Positions 17,721 through 27,417 are shown, numbered from the stretch's first letter. The stretch is 64,000 nt of DNA from Spirochaetota bacterium (GCA_963664815.2 CAXXHB010000003.1:2240001-2304000), one strand, 5' to 3'. Translations and numbers: made by a program. Notes: generated by a model from the sequence alone, not told the origin.

Positions 17721-18815
17721 ATGAACAGAATATTAAATAAAACCGTAATAATCATCTCTTTATCCGCTGCAGTTTTTATTATATTGTCATGTGACGGTGC
17801 CTTTGATGCTGCAAAGCAGAAACTGCTGGCTGACGGCCTTATATTATCGGGAGCAGTTAACACCTTCGCGGGATCAGGCACTGCCGGATTCACTGACGGC
17901 ACAGGAACATCTGCAACTTTTAATCAGCCCTGGGGTATAACTTCAGACGGAACAAATTTATATGTGACGGAATTTTTAAATCACAGTATCAGGAAGGTAG
18001 TAATTGCTACCGGAGCGGTAACAACCCTTGCCGGAACAGGATCTTCCGGAAGTACAGACGGCACAGGAACTGCCGCCAGCTTTAATTATCCTGAAGGTAT
18101 TACTACAGATGGATTGAATTTGTATGTATGTGACAGCGCCAATAACAAACTAAGGAAGGTAGTAATCTCAACCGGCGAGGTTACCACATTTGCAGGAACA
18201 GGCACCGCGGCGAGTGTTGACGGCACAGGAACATCCGCAAGTCTTAACAATCCAAGTGCATTAACAACTGACGGAACAAACCTCTATGTTGTAGATTGGG
18301 GGAGCAGTAATATCAGGAAGATAGTGATAACAACCGCTGTGGTAACAACAATTGCCGGGGCAGGATCTGCCGGAAGCTCTGACGGCACAGGAACTGCTGC
18401 CAGTTTTAGTTCCCCCGAGGGAATAGTTACAGATGGAGTAAATCTCTATGTGAGCGATAGTTACAATTATAAAATAAGAAAAATAGTAATATCTACCGGT
18501 GTGGTAACAACATTTGCCGGGACAGGTTCTGCGGCGAGCGTTGACGGCACGGGGACATCCGCAAGCTTTAATCGTCCAGGCCAGATAATTGAAGATGGCG
18601 TTAATCTGTATGTAACCGACAGATACGGATATAAAATAAGAAAGATAGTTATATCCACCGGTGTTGTGACAACTGTTGCAGGATCAGGTACTGCGGCCAG
18701 CGTTGACGGCACAGGAGCATCCGCAAGCTTTAATCTGCCAACCGGTATAGCATCAGACGGTATATTTCTTTATGTTGCTGACACTAATGGCTATAAAATC
18801 AGGGTAATACAGTAA
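17721..18815 (+). CDS. NHL-repeat beta-propeller lipoprotein
   Basis: ILSC lipobox; six 54-aa repeats AG.G....DGTGT.ASFN.P.GI..DG.NLYV.D. Confidence 0.85.
   Translation: MNRILNKTVIIISLSAAVFIILSCDGAFDAAKQKLLADGLILSGAVNTFAGSGTAGFTDGTGTSATFNQPWGITSDGTNLYVTEFLNHSIRKVVIATGAVTTLAGTGSSGSTDGTGTAASFNYPEGITTDGLNLYVCDSANNKLRKVVISTGEVTTFAGTGTAASVDGTGTSASLNNPSALTTDGTNLYVVDWGSSNIRKIVITTAVVTTIAGAGSAGSSDGTGTAASFSSPEGIVTDGVNLYVSDSYNYKIRKIVISTGVVTTFAGTGSAASVDGTGTSASFNRPGQIIEDGVNLYVTDRYGYKIRKIVISTGVVTTVAGSGTAASVDGTGASASFNLPTGIASDGIFLYVADTNGYKIRVIQ
17850..18812 (+). repeat. Six 162-bp intragenic tandem repeats
   Basis: GACGGCAC recurs at 17895, 18057, 18219, 18381, 18543 and 18705. Confidence 0.9.
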
Positions 18816-18994
18816 TCCGCATTTATATGTTATGCTTTAACCTTGAAGTATTTAATAAAAGCCTATAATCACCGGGAAAAATCATATAATCCATAAGCTA
18901 CTCCTCACCAGGTAACCACATATGTTCCACCATGGGGCCTTATGACGCGATATTGGCAGTTATAAGTTTTTCGTTAAATAAAATAAAATAAAAT

Positions 18995-19093
18995 AAAAAA
19001 CCCGGCATTAAACCGGGCAACAGAGGAGGAGCTTTACAGGAAGATTTTTTTATTCTTTACCATTTATATTGCATTACATTCATGCTCTTTATA
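18995..19093 (-). ncRNA. Candidate small RNA with anti-Shine-Dalgarno motif
   Basis: TTGACA (19127-19122), 16 bp, TGnTATTAT promoter; UCCUCCUC; terminator CCCGG-tttaatg-CCGGG-TTTTTT with no minus-strand gene to explain it. Confidence 0.55.
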
Positions 19094-19593
19094 CGTGACA
19101 TAATATCAAACACTTTTAAAATGTCAATTATATAACTATACTCCATAAAAAAAATTACTTTTTTCATAAAAAATTACCGTTAATTCTATAAATAGAAATT
19201 GTTTTTAAAGAATCCCGGGTGGAACTTTTTATTAATTTAATGGGCCGTAATATATCAGCGACAGCATAACAATGAAATTTTTTACATAGTCTGTATATAG
19301 CCCGTTATTTATAAACTCATTTTATTATTTACTGATGCAGTTTGTACCGGATTTCATTATAATTTTTTAACGAAAAGAGTTTGACTTTATACAGGATTGT
19401 AATATTTAATTTTTTGTACCTAAGTTTATATATTTGATTTACCGGTTAATCAGTCCAAGATGTTTGGTAATATTCAGTACGAATAACACTGAGAAGTACT
19501 TATGGAATTAATACATTTTTTTACATAATCCTGACTCATTCTTTATAAGCATTTACTATCTTGAAAATCTGTAAATAAAACAGGAGTACAAGA

Positions 19594-22500
19594 ATGGCAG
19601 CTATTAATATTTTTAAGAAAGGAATATGGGTTTTAATATCGTTTATTGCCGCTGTTTCTCTTTCGGTAATTGCAGGATTCCTGAACCCCGGAGAAAAGGT
19701 TAATGCAATCTGGCTTATTGTTGCTACTGTATGTATATTCGTAATTACTTACAGATTTTACGCTGCATTTCTTGCCTCAAAGGTTCTGGTTTTTGATGAA
19801 ACAAAAAAAATGCCCTCTGAAACAGTGAATGACGGTGTAGATTACTACCCCATGAATAAATGGGTTCTGTTCGGGCATCATTTCGCAGCTATTGCCGGGG
19901 CCGGACCTCTTATAGGGCCGACGCTTGCCGCACAGTTCGGTTATCTTCCCGGGTTTCTCTGGATACTTGTAGGGGCGACTCTTGCAGGAGCCGTCCATGA
20001 CATGGTCATTCTGGCGGCATCAGCACGGCATAACGGACAATCACTTGCCCAGATTGTAAGAGATGAGATAGGAACCTTAAGCGGATTTGTTCTTGCCCTG
20101 ATCATTATCTTCAATGTTGTAGTTGCTGTCGCCGGAGCCGCACTCTCTGTCGTTAATTCACTCAACATGAACTCCTGGGGAACCTTTACACTCCTTATTA
20201 CTTTCCCGATTGCAATCTTTATGGGAATCTATATGCACTTCCTCAGAAAGGGTAAAATCATGGAGGTCAGCATTATTGGCGCATTGCTGCTTCTTGTTGC
20301 AGTATTCCTCGGAAGCCGCATGCCGGGATCTTCATTAGCTCCATTTTTTACAATTGATAAAAACAGACTTATTATTTACCTTGGTATCCTCTGCTTCATA
20401 TCCTCTGCCCTGCCCATATGGCTTCTTCTGGTACCCAGGGATTATATTTCAGCATACCTTAAAGTCGGAACATTTCTTCTGCTGGCTGTTGCCATAGCCA
20501 TAAACATGCCGGTTCTGGAGATGCCGAAAACGACACAGTATATAGCAGGCGGGGGACCAATCGTCCCGGGAACACTCTTCCCTTTTCTTTTTATTACGAT
20601 AGCCTGCGGGGCAATTTCAGGATTTCACGGACTTATATCCTCCGGCACTACGCCGAAAATGATCAAATCAGAAAAGGATATACCCCTTATAGGTTTCGGT
20701 TCAATGCTCGTTGAGGGGTTTGTTGCCGTCATAGCCCTTATTGCAGCATCCATACTCATACCTGGCGATTATTTTGCCATGAACACAAAACTCTCACCCG
20801 AGATACTCTCTTCAATGGGATTTCCCATATCTAAAATACAGGAACTATCACAGACAATAGGACTGCAGCTTCAGGGAAGACCGGGTGGAGCAGTCTCCAT
20901 AGCTGCCGGAATGTCGGTACTTCTGTCATCTCTTTTCGGTGGAAAAGCGTCACTGCCCTACTGGTATAATTATTCACTGATGTTCATCGCGCTTTTCATT
21001 CTTACACTTGTAGATGCCGGAACCAGGGTCGGCCGTTTTATGCTTCAGGAGATAGGAGGGACAATCTATAAGCCCTTTTCAAATCACCAGAATGAGTTTA
21101 ATATTATCATTACAAGTCTTATCATAGTTCTTATGTGGTGTTACCTGCTTTTTACAGGAAACATCTCCACCATATGGCCGATGTTCGGCATCGCCAACCA
21201 GATCCTTGCGGCTACCGCCCTTGGTGTAGGCACCACGCTTTTAATCAAGTCTGACAAGGTTAAATATATCTGGATAACTGTACTGCCGATGTTGTTCATG
21301 CTTATAACTTCATACATCGCGGCATGGCAGCTTGTATTTATATTTTTTGAAAATGCCTCAAAATCCCCGAATCCTTCAGATGCCTTTCATCTGAGGATGA
21401 ATGCATCGCTTATTATTTTTATAGCAGTTCTCGGGATTATCGTTATTGCAGATCTCTTTTACAAATGGCACGGTTATTTTAAAACCGGTACAGATATAAA
21501 CCTTAAGGATCTTTTTATCCGGCTTAAAAACAATATTATCAGCAGAATCCCGAAAAGGACCAGCATCCTTGCAAAGCTGCTGTCATTTCTTATTGCCACA
21601 CTTATCATCAGTTTCGCAGTAATTTACTTTATTTTTAACGTTTCATTTTCAGGATACAGCGAATATGTAATGAAGAAATCTGAAGCACTTCTTATGGAAA
21701 AATACAGCTACATGCTGCAGAACAACACCGAAATGGCAGTGTCTCTTGTGTCTTCAATATATAAACAGAAGAATATATCCGAAGCGCAGAAACTCAAACT
21801 CTCACAGGAATTGGTCAGACAGCTCCGCTATGGCAACGACGGTTATTACTATGCTTATGAAAACAGTACCGGAAAAAACCTTATACATGGTTTGAATAAA
21901 AATCTTGAAGGGAAAAACCTCTGGAATATGCAGGACCCTGCCGGTAAACAGTATATTATAAGGGAGCTTGACGATGTGGCAAAAAACAATAAAGTTTTTC
22001 TTGAATTTTTCTGGAGCAAGCCCGGCGTGGAAGGTATTTACCCGAAACTTGGAACTGCTATGAACGTTCCCGGAACCAATATGTGGCTTGGTACCGGCGC
22101 TTATATTGACGATATAAACAAAAGTAAAACCGAGTTAAGGGCAGCCATTAATAAAATAACCGCCGGGACAAGGCTCAACTTTCTTCTGGGATTTCTTATT
22201 ATTACACCAATCGCGATAATGATTATTATATTTCTTTCAAGAAATATCACTAATCCCATCAAGCACCTTATTACCTCCACCGAAGCGGTATCATCGGGGA
22301 ATTATAACGTAAAAATTGATGCCAGGACTCATGACGAGATAGGCAAACTTGCTGTTACCTTTAACAGCATGACTGTTACCCTGAAGGATCTCACCGAAAA
22401 CCTTGAGCTTAAAGTGGAGGAAAGGACCTCTGAGCTTCAGGAAACCATGAACAAGCTCAACGAAATGAATACTATACTCGGTTCACTTTCAGATAAGCTG

Positions 22501-23691
22501 TCAAAATATATTCCTCCTCAGCTACGGGAGATGATTTTCAACGGAAAGCAGGAGGCAAAGATCGCCTCTTCAAGAAAGAAACTTACAGTATTTTTTTCAG
22601 ATATCAAGAATTTCACACAGACAACAGAGAGAATGGAAACCGAATCACTTACGGATCTTCTCAACAGTTACCTCAACGAAATGTCACAGATTGCAATAAA
22701 GCATGGCGCTACAATAGATAAATTCGTCGGTGATGCCATTCTTGTATTTTTCGGCGATCCTGAAACAAGGGGTGAGCAGAAAGATGCTGTAGCCGCCGTT
22801 GATATGGCGCTGGAGATGAAGTCACGGCTGAGATATTTACAGACCCAGTGGTATGAGAAAGGTATAGTGGAACCATTCCATGTCCGCATGGGTATAAATA
22901 CAGGATACTGTACTGTGGGTAATTTCGGCAGCGATGCAAGAATGTCATATACCATTATCGGTTCTCAGGTAAACCTGGCCAGCAGGCTTGAAAGCTCATC
23001 AGAACCGGACAACGTGCTTATTTCTCACGAAACATATTCACTTGTTTCACATAAATACTACTGCCTTGAGAAAGAGGGTATCATGGTTAAGGGGATAGAC
23101 CACCCCATTAAAACGTACCAGGTTGTTGATTCACATGAGAATCTTAAAAAACAAAACAGGCTGATCGAAGAACGTACAACAGGATTCAATATCAGCCTTG
23201 ACCTTGAAAACATGAGAACAGAAAACAGGGGAAAGGCACGCAGGGTACTAACAGAAGCTCTTCAGCTGCTTGGCGAAGCGGAAGGGGAACCGCTTAATAT
23301 GATTGTTTCCAGTGTAATTAAAACAGTAAAAAAAGAGACCATATCATTAAACAGCGGATTTTCAGTGGATACCGGTGATTTGATATTTCCGGGTGACGCA
23401 TCCACCCTTTCCGCAATACTTCATGATCTGGTTTATAATGCAGTTCTTCTTTCGGGAGATGAAGGCAATATAACAATAAGCGCCGAAGCCGAAAATGGTT
23501 CAACAGTGATACGGATAACAGATTCAGGTCAATGGCTTGACAGGGACGATATTAAAAGCCTTTTTGCCGATGGAGATACACCAGGGAGTTTATCAGGCAT
23601 TAAAGCAGGAATCAGAAAACTTAACGGACACATATCCTCAAAACGCAACCATGAAGGGGGTAATATATTTATTCTGACAATACCCGGCTGA
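19594..23691 (+). CDS. cstA: CstA transporter fused to Cache_2-HAMP-class III adenylyl cyclase-degenerate HATPase_c
   Basis: GHHFAAIAGAGPLIGP, IACGAISGFH, DAGTR and IWPMFGIANQ (CstA); LRYG..GYYY...WSKPG...PK...GTGAY (Cache_2); DEIGKLA..FN.M (HAMP); FFSDIKNFT, KFVGDA and GSQVNLASRLE (cyclase); LVYNA/ITDSG tail. Confidence 0.88.
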   Translation: MAAINIFKKGIWVLISFIAAVSLSVIAGFLNPGEKVNAIWLIVATVCIFVITYRFYAAFLASKVLVFDETKKMPSETVNDGVDYYPMNKWVLFGHHFAAIAGAGPLIGPTLAAQFGYLPGFLWILVGATLAGAVHDMVILAASARHNGQSLAQIVRDEIGTLSGFVLALIIIFNVVVAVAGAALSVVNSLNMNSWGTFTLLITFPIAIFMGIYMHFLRKGKIMEVSIIGALLLLVAVFLGSRMPGSSLAPFFTIDKNRLIIYLGILCFISSALPIWLLLVPRDYISAYLKVGTFLLLAVAIAINMPVLEMPKTTQYIAGGGPIVPGTLFPFLFITIACGAISGFHGLISSGTTPKMIKSEKDIPLIGFGSMLVEGFVAVIALIAASILIPGDYFAMNTKLSPEILSSMGFPISKIQELSQTIGLQLQGRPGGAVSIAAGMSVLLSSLFGGKASLPYWYNYSLMFIALFILTLVDAGTRVGRFMLQEIGGTIYKPFSNHQNEFNIIITSLIIVLMWCYLLFTGNISTIWPMFGIANQILAATALGVGTTLLIKSDKVKYIWITVLPMLFMLITSYIAAWQLVFIFFENASKSPNPSDAFHLRMNASLIIFIAVLGIIVIADLFYKWHGYFKTGTDINLKDLFIRLKNNIISRIPKRTSILAKLLSFLIATLIISFAVIYFIFNVSFSGYSEYVMKKSEALLMEKYSYMLQNNTEMAVSLVSSIYKQKNISEAQKLKLSQELVRQLRYGNDGYYYAYENSTGKNLIHGLNKNLEGKNLWNMQDPAGKQYIIRELDDVAKNNKVFLEFFWSKPGVEGIYPKLGTAMNVPGTNMWLGTGAYIDDINKSKTELRAAINKITAGTRLNFLLGFLIITPIAIMIIIFLSRNITNPIKHLITSTEAVSSGNYNVKIDARTHDEIGKLAVTFNSMTVTLKDLTENLELKVEERTSELQETMNKLNEMNTILGSLSDKLSKYIPPQLREMIFNGKQEAKIASSRKKLTVFFSDIKNFTQTTERMETESLTDLLNSYLNEMSQIAIKHGATIDKFVGDAILVFFGDPETRGEQKDAVAAVDMALEMKSRLRYLQTQWYEKGIVEPFHVRMGINTGYCTVGNFGSDARMSYTIIGSQVNLASRLESSSEPDNVLISHETYSLVSHKYYCLEKEGIMVKGIDHPIKTYQVVDSHENLKKQNRLIEERTTGFNISLDLENMRTENRGKARRVLTEALQLLGEAEGEPLNMIVSSVIKTVKKETISLNSGFSVDTGDLIFPGDASTLSAILHDLVYNAVLLSGDEGNITISAEAENGSTVIRITDSGQWLDRDDIKSLFADGDTPGSLSGIKAGIRKLNGHISSKRNHEGGNIFILTIPG

Positions 23692-23806
23692 CGTTTCTGT
23701 CAGCCTCATTGTCATCACGGGTTACTTAAAATATTCCGCCATCATCAGACAGAATATGTTTTTTATTTAAAACAAACCAAAATATTCCGGTATTTATACA
23801 GCCGGC

Positions 23807-24160
23807 CTATTTTGGTTTTGTTGTTTTTTCCCCGGACAAATCCTTCGGCAATTCTTCAGGCAGCTCTTCCATAATCAAAGTTCCATTTCCCTGGATATCA
23901 ACAGCCCTTTTTGTATCCATATCGAGAATTGTTATGTCAAGAATTCCGGATTCATCATCATGCGTGCGGGAAATGGAACATTTAATATTCTTTGAAAAAA
24001 GAAGCTCCCCGTTATTATTATAATACTTTACAGATCTTAAAATTCCTTTATCCTTCTCTAAATCAGATCTATACTCCAGGATATCTTCCTTCTTACTGCA
24101 GGATGATATAATTAATACTGCCGGCATTAACAATAATAAAATATTCCTTTTTATATTCAT
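23807..24160 (-). CDS. Hypothetical lipoprotein
   Basis: IISSC lipobox. Confidence 0.65.
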   Translation of the reverse strand: MNIKRNILLLLMPAVLIISSCSKKEDILEYRSDLEKDKGILRSVKYYNNNGELLFSKNIKCSISRTHDDESGILDITILDMDTKRAVDIQGNGTLIMEELPEELPKDLSGEKTTKPK

Positions 24161-24377
24161 CTACTTTCCCTTCCCGGTGTATTTTTTTAAACGGAAATAA
24201 AGCATCAGAACTATTTTTTTATTAAAACATGCTGTCAAGTAATTAAATTGCCTTTTTTAATCCGGTATTTGCGATAAAACCGGCATATGTTTACCATGGT
24301 CAATAGCTTCAGATGCTGCTTTTAAATACCTCCATCATATTTAACTAATCTATCTTAATATTTTCATTTAAAAAACA

Positions 24378-26615
24378 TCATGCCCTTTCTACACTACATG
24401 GAACAAAACGGTGAATCGGAGTTCCCACCATATCCCTGTTGGTACTCTTTGTCAGCCGGTTTACGTTAATACCGTACACAACATCACCATATAAAAGCCC
24501 AAATCCGTGTGGAATAAGAACTGTACCTTTCCGCACCTGTCCGGATACCTCCAGTTCACCGGTATCGCTTCCGGCCTCAGTTGTAACCCTGACATTCTCT
24601 CCATCAGACAATCCAAGATGTTCCGCATCAATGGGGCTTATTGCCACAGTGCATGCCCGTTTCCCTCTGTTCCACTCCTGATCACGCATAAGACTGTTCG
24701 CATTATAATCCATATGCCGCCCGGCATTGAGAATAAAAGGAAAACCTTCAGGCATTTTAAGTTCTATCTCTTCAGTTGAAGGATTAAGCAGCTTTAGCTC
24801 CTCCTCAAGTTCAGGAATATAAAGTTCAATCTTACCGGATTCGGTTTTTATATTTTTAAAATTCTTTTCCGTGTCAACCCTTCCTATCATAACCCCCTGA
24901 GGATTATCAAGCAATGTCTGGAATATCCTCTCACCGATATCAGGTCCTTTGGCAAATCCTGCCCTTTCTGCATTTTCCCTTAGCTCTTTCGGAGCAGATG
25001 CCAGTATCGCCCAGAAAGCTGAAAGATTTGCGCTCCCCATTGCCCTCCCCAGCGTCTTTGCAAGGATAAACGGCCTCTGTTTTGCAGCTTCAGGGTTATC
25101 CTTTATCCATCCCATAAGCTTCATTATAAAGGCAAGACGGTTACCTTTGGCTGCCTCATATAGTTCCGCCGGGATTTCAGGTATCAGCCCAAGTTTATCC
25201 GCAATCAGTGTATGTATCTCAGCCGCTTCAAGACACTGCTCCGGCGGTTCAACAACAGGTTTTCTTATGTGATAATATATCTCCGGATAGTTATATGGGT
25301 AAAAGGTGCTTTCCCATGATTCGAAATATGTCTTGCATGGCAGTACATAATGGGCTAAACGCGCTGTTTCACTCATTACAATCTCATTTACTACAAGAAG
25401 ATCAAGCCTGCTGAAAGCCTCCTCGTATGCCGTTGTATCGGGAAACGCTCTCAGGGGATTGCAGGCGCTTACAATCATGGCCCTTAACCTCTCAGGGTTG
25501 TCGCTGAGAATTTCCTCAGGCACAACAGAGGGTGGATAAGACCCCGCCGCCGCAGGGGGCATATTTGTTGCCGTTGTTTTCCATATTTCAGGTTTACGTT
25601 CATCCGCGTGAAAACCCAGCGGCATAACAAACCCCGGTATAATGTTGCCGCCCGGCACACAGAACCTGCCGCACAATGACCCGAGAATATGCAGCAGATA
25701 TGAGTTAAGCACGCTTTTGCGCCCCATGTAGATTCCGAGGTCCGGATGAAATGACCACTGTCTTGTTGACATCAGCCTGCAGAGATTATGCACCTCTTCA
25801 TATTCAAGCTCACATACTTTCAGTGCATTCTTTACATCAAAATTATTAAAAAACGGTAAAATCTTTTCCCAGCCTGTTACATGCTCATTTATATAATCGC
25901 GTTTTTCCCATCCTTCTCTGATTATAATTGAAATCATTGCCTTTATCAGCAGGGCGTCAGTCCCCGGACGTACTGCAAGATGTATATCGGCTATTGCAGC
26001 CGTTTCATTTTTTCTCGGATCAATAACGACAAGCAGCCGGTTTTTATCATTGCTGAACTCCCTGAGGGTTACCCTTGCCCGCGGTATCTGGTGACTCTGC
26101 ATTCCATTCCATCCCCAGGCAACAAGCATATCCGTATTATGTTCATCCGGCCCGGTAATATTATACTGCTTCCCGAATACGCGGCCCTGTACCCACCATT
26201 GCCCGCTGAATTCCTGCCCACCCGGCGAATAGTAATACTGCGAACCAAGACTTCTGAGAAGCTGCAGACCAAATGCAGTCTCGCCATGTCCTGCCTGTGC
26301 TGCCCCACCCATGTAGGCAAGGCTTCTCGGTCCGTAGGACTTTAAAACAGACTTTATCCTTTCAGCAATATCTCCTGCAGCCTCATCCCATGTTACAGGT
26401 ATAAAATCATTCCCCTTTCTTTTGAGAGGTTCTGTTATTCTATCCTTAGGATACTGGTGAGTCATCACATTCATCCCCTTCCTGCATATATAACCGAGGC
26501 TTCTCGGATTATCCTTATCCCCTCTTACCTTTACCATTTTGCCGTTTTCAACAAGCGCCTCAAGACCGCAGTTCTGAGTACAGAGTACACAGCATGTTTT
26601 CAGCCAGTTTTCCAT
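24378..26615 (-). CDS. Molybdopterin (bis-MGD) oxidoreductase, DMSO-reductase superfamily
   Basis: CxxCxxxC...C Fe-S motif, WGWN, IDPR, PGTD, C-terminal molybdopterin dinucleotide-binding domain; ATG 26615 with RBS GGAGG. Confidence 0.9.
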   Translation of the reverse strand: MENWLKTCCVLCTQNCGLEALVENGKMVKVRGDKDNPRSLGYICRKGMNVMTHQYPKDRITEPLKRKGNDFIPVTWDEAAGDIAERIKSVLKSYGPRSLAYMGGAAQAGHGETAFGLQLLRSLGSQYYYSPGGQEFSGQWWVQGRVFGKQYNITGPDEHNTDMLVAWGWNGMQSHQIPRARVTLREFSNDKNRLLVVIDPRKNETAAIADIHLAVRPGTDALLIKAMISIIIREGWEKRDYINEHVTGWEKILPFFNNFDVKNALKVCELEYEEVHNLCRLMSTRQWSFHPDLGIYMGRKSVLNSYLLHILGSLCGRFCVPGGNIIPGFVMPLGFHADERKPEIWKTTATNMPPAAAGSYPPSVVPEEILSDNPERLRAMIVSACNPLRAFPDTTAYEEAFSRLDLLVVNEIVMSETARLAHYVLPCKTYFESWESTFYPYNYPEIYYHIRKPVVEPPEQCLEAAEIHTLIADKLGLIPEIPAELYEAAKGNRLAFIMKLMGWIKDNPEAAKQRPFILAKTLGRAMGSANLSAFWAILASAPKELRENAERAGFAKGPDIGERIFQTLLDNPQGVMIGRVDTEKNFKNIKTESGKIELYIPELEEELKLLNPSTEEIELKMPEGFPFILNAGRHMDYNANSLMRDQEWNRGKRACTVAISPIDAEHLGLSDGENVRVTTEAGSDTGELEVSGQVRKGTVLIPHGFGLLYGDVVYGINVNRLTKSTNRDMVGTPIHRFVPCSVERA

Positions 26616-26754
26616 TATATTTTCCTCCGGGTTATTATCAAATGCATCTTTATACAATTATAAATACCTGAATGGTAAAATCTCACCAGGTATTCCTTAT
26701 ATATTAATTAACTCTTCTTTTATTTACCATAGAATAAGAATATTTTTCATCCGG

Positions 26755-26774
26755 GACATACCATCCGGTATGTC
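26755..26774. promoter_or_regulatory. Putative TetR operator upstream of the oxidoreductase
   Basis: GACATACC-atcc-GGTATGTC, same core as 27385-27416. Confidence 0.6.
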
Positions 26775-26788
26775 GGCAGGCATAAAAA

Positions 26789-27382
26789 TTATTTCACCTT
26801 TATCCCTTCAACAAGTGTTAAAACAAGTTCAACCGCATGATCTAAAAATCTCTTTTCATCCCTTACCTTCGACAGTGCAAGGCCCCCTTCGATCAGTGAA
26901 AAAAGATTCATTGAAAGTCCCTCTGCATCGACAGAGGGACTTATTTCATTATCTGATTTACCATTTTCTATTATGGTTTTCAGAGTATTCTGCCAGAAGT
27001 CGATAGATCTGTTGACACGGTTTTTAATCAGCACATTCCCGTCATCCGAATCTATAGCCGCATTCATCAGAGGGCATCCACCTATTTTTCTCATTGAATC
27101 ATAGTTGTTTCTGAATGTTTCTGCAAAAACCGAAAGTTTATCACAGGAACCTGTTTTTCTGTTTATAGCTGAAAAAACAAACTTTGTCACCATGTTAAGG
27201 TTGTATTCAAGCGCAGCTAAAGCGAGTTCATCCTTGTTCTCAAAATAGTGATATATCGCCCCTTTTGTAAGACCTGTATATTCGAGCACATCAGCAAGAG
27301 ATGTTCCTTCATATCCGTGTTTGTTAAAAACCGGAGCTGCCGTTTCTATTATAAAATCCCGAGTATGTTCCGACTTTTTCAT
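26789..27382 (-). CDS. TetR family regulator (NemR-like)
   Basis: GYEGTSLADVL...GLTKGAIYHYF..K; GGCPL; probable start ATG 27382. Confidence 0.9.
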   Translation of the reverse strand: MKKSEHTRDFIIETAAPVFNKHGYEGTSLADVLEYTGLTKGAIYHYFENKDELALAALEYNLNMVTKFVFSAINRKTGSCDKLSVFAETFRNNYDSMRKIGGCPLMNAAIDSDDGNVLIKNRVNRSIDFWQNTLKTIIENGKSDNEISPSVDAEGLSMNLFSLIEGGLALSKVRDEKRFLDHAVELVLTLVEGIKVK

Positions 27383-27384
27383 AC

Positions 27385-27417
27385 TGACATTACATACCAA
27401 TCGGTATGTAATGTCAA
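27385..27417 (-). promoter_or_regulatory. Sigma-70 promoter overlapped by a 14-bp-arm palindromic operator; leaderless tetR mRNA
   Basis: TTGACA-17-TGTAAT-6 nt-ATG; TGACATTACATACC-aatc-GGTATGTAATGTCA. Confidence 0.75.

Noticed and set aside
17850-18812. Regular repeats as a possible CRISPR array
   Set aside because: 162-bp in-frame coding repeats with no unique spacers and no cas genes.
19094-19110. CRP-like site upstream of the cstA fusion
   Set aside because: CGTGA...TCAAA has 7-bp rather than 6-bp spacing and coincides with the candidate sRNA -10 element.
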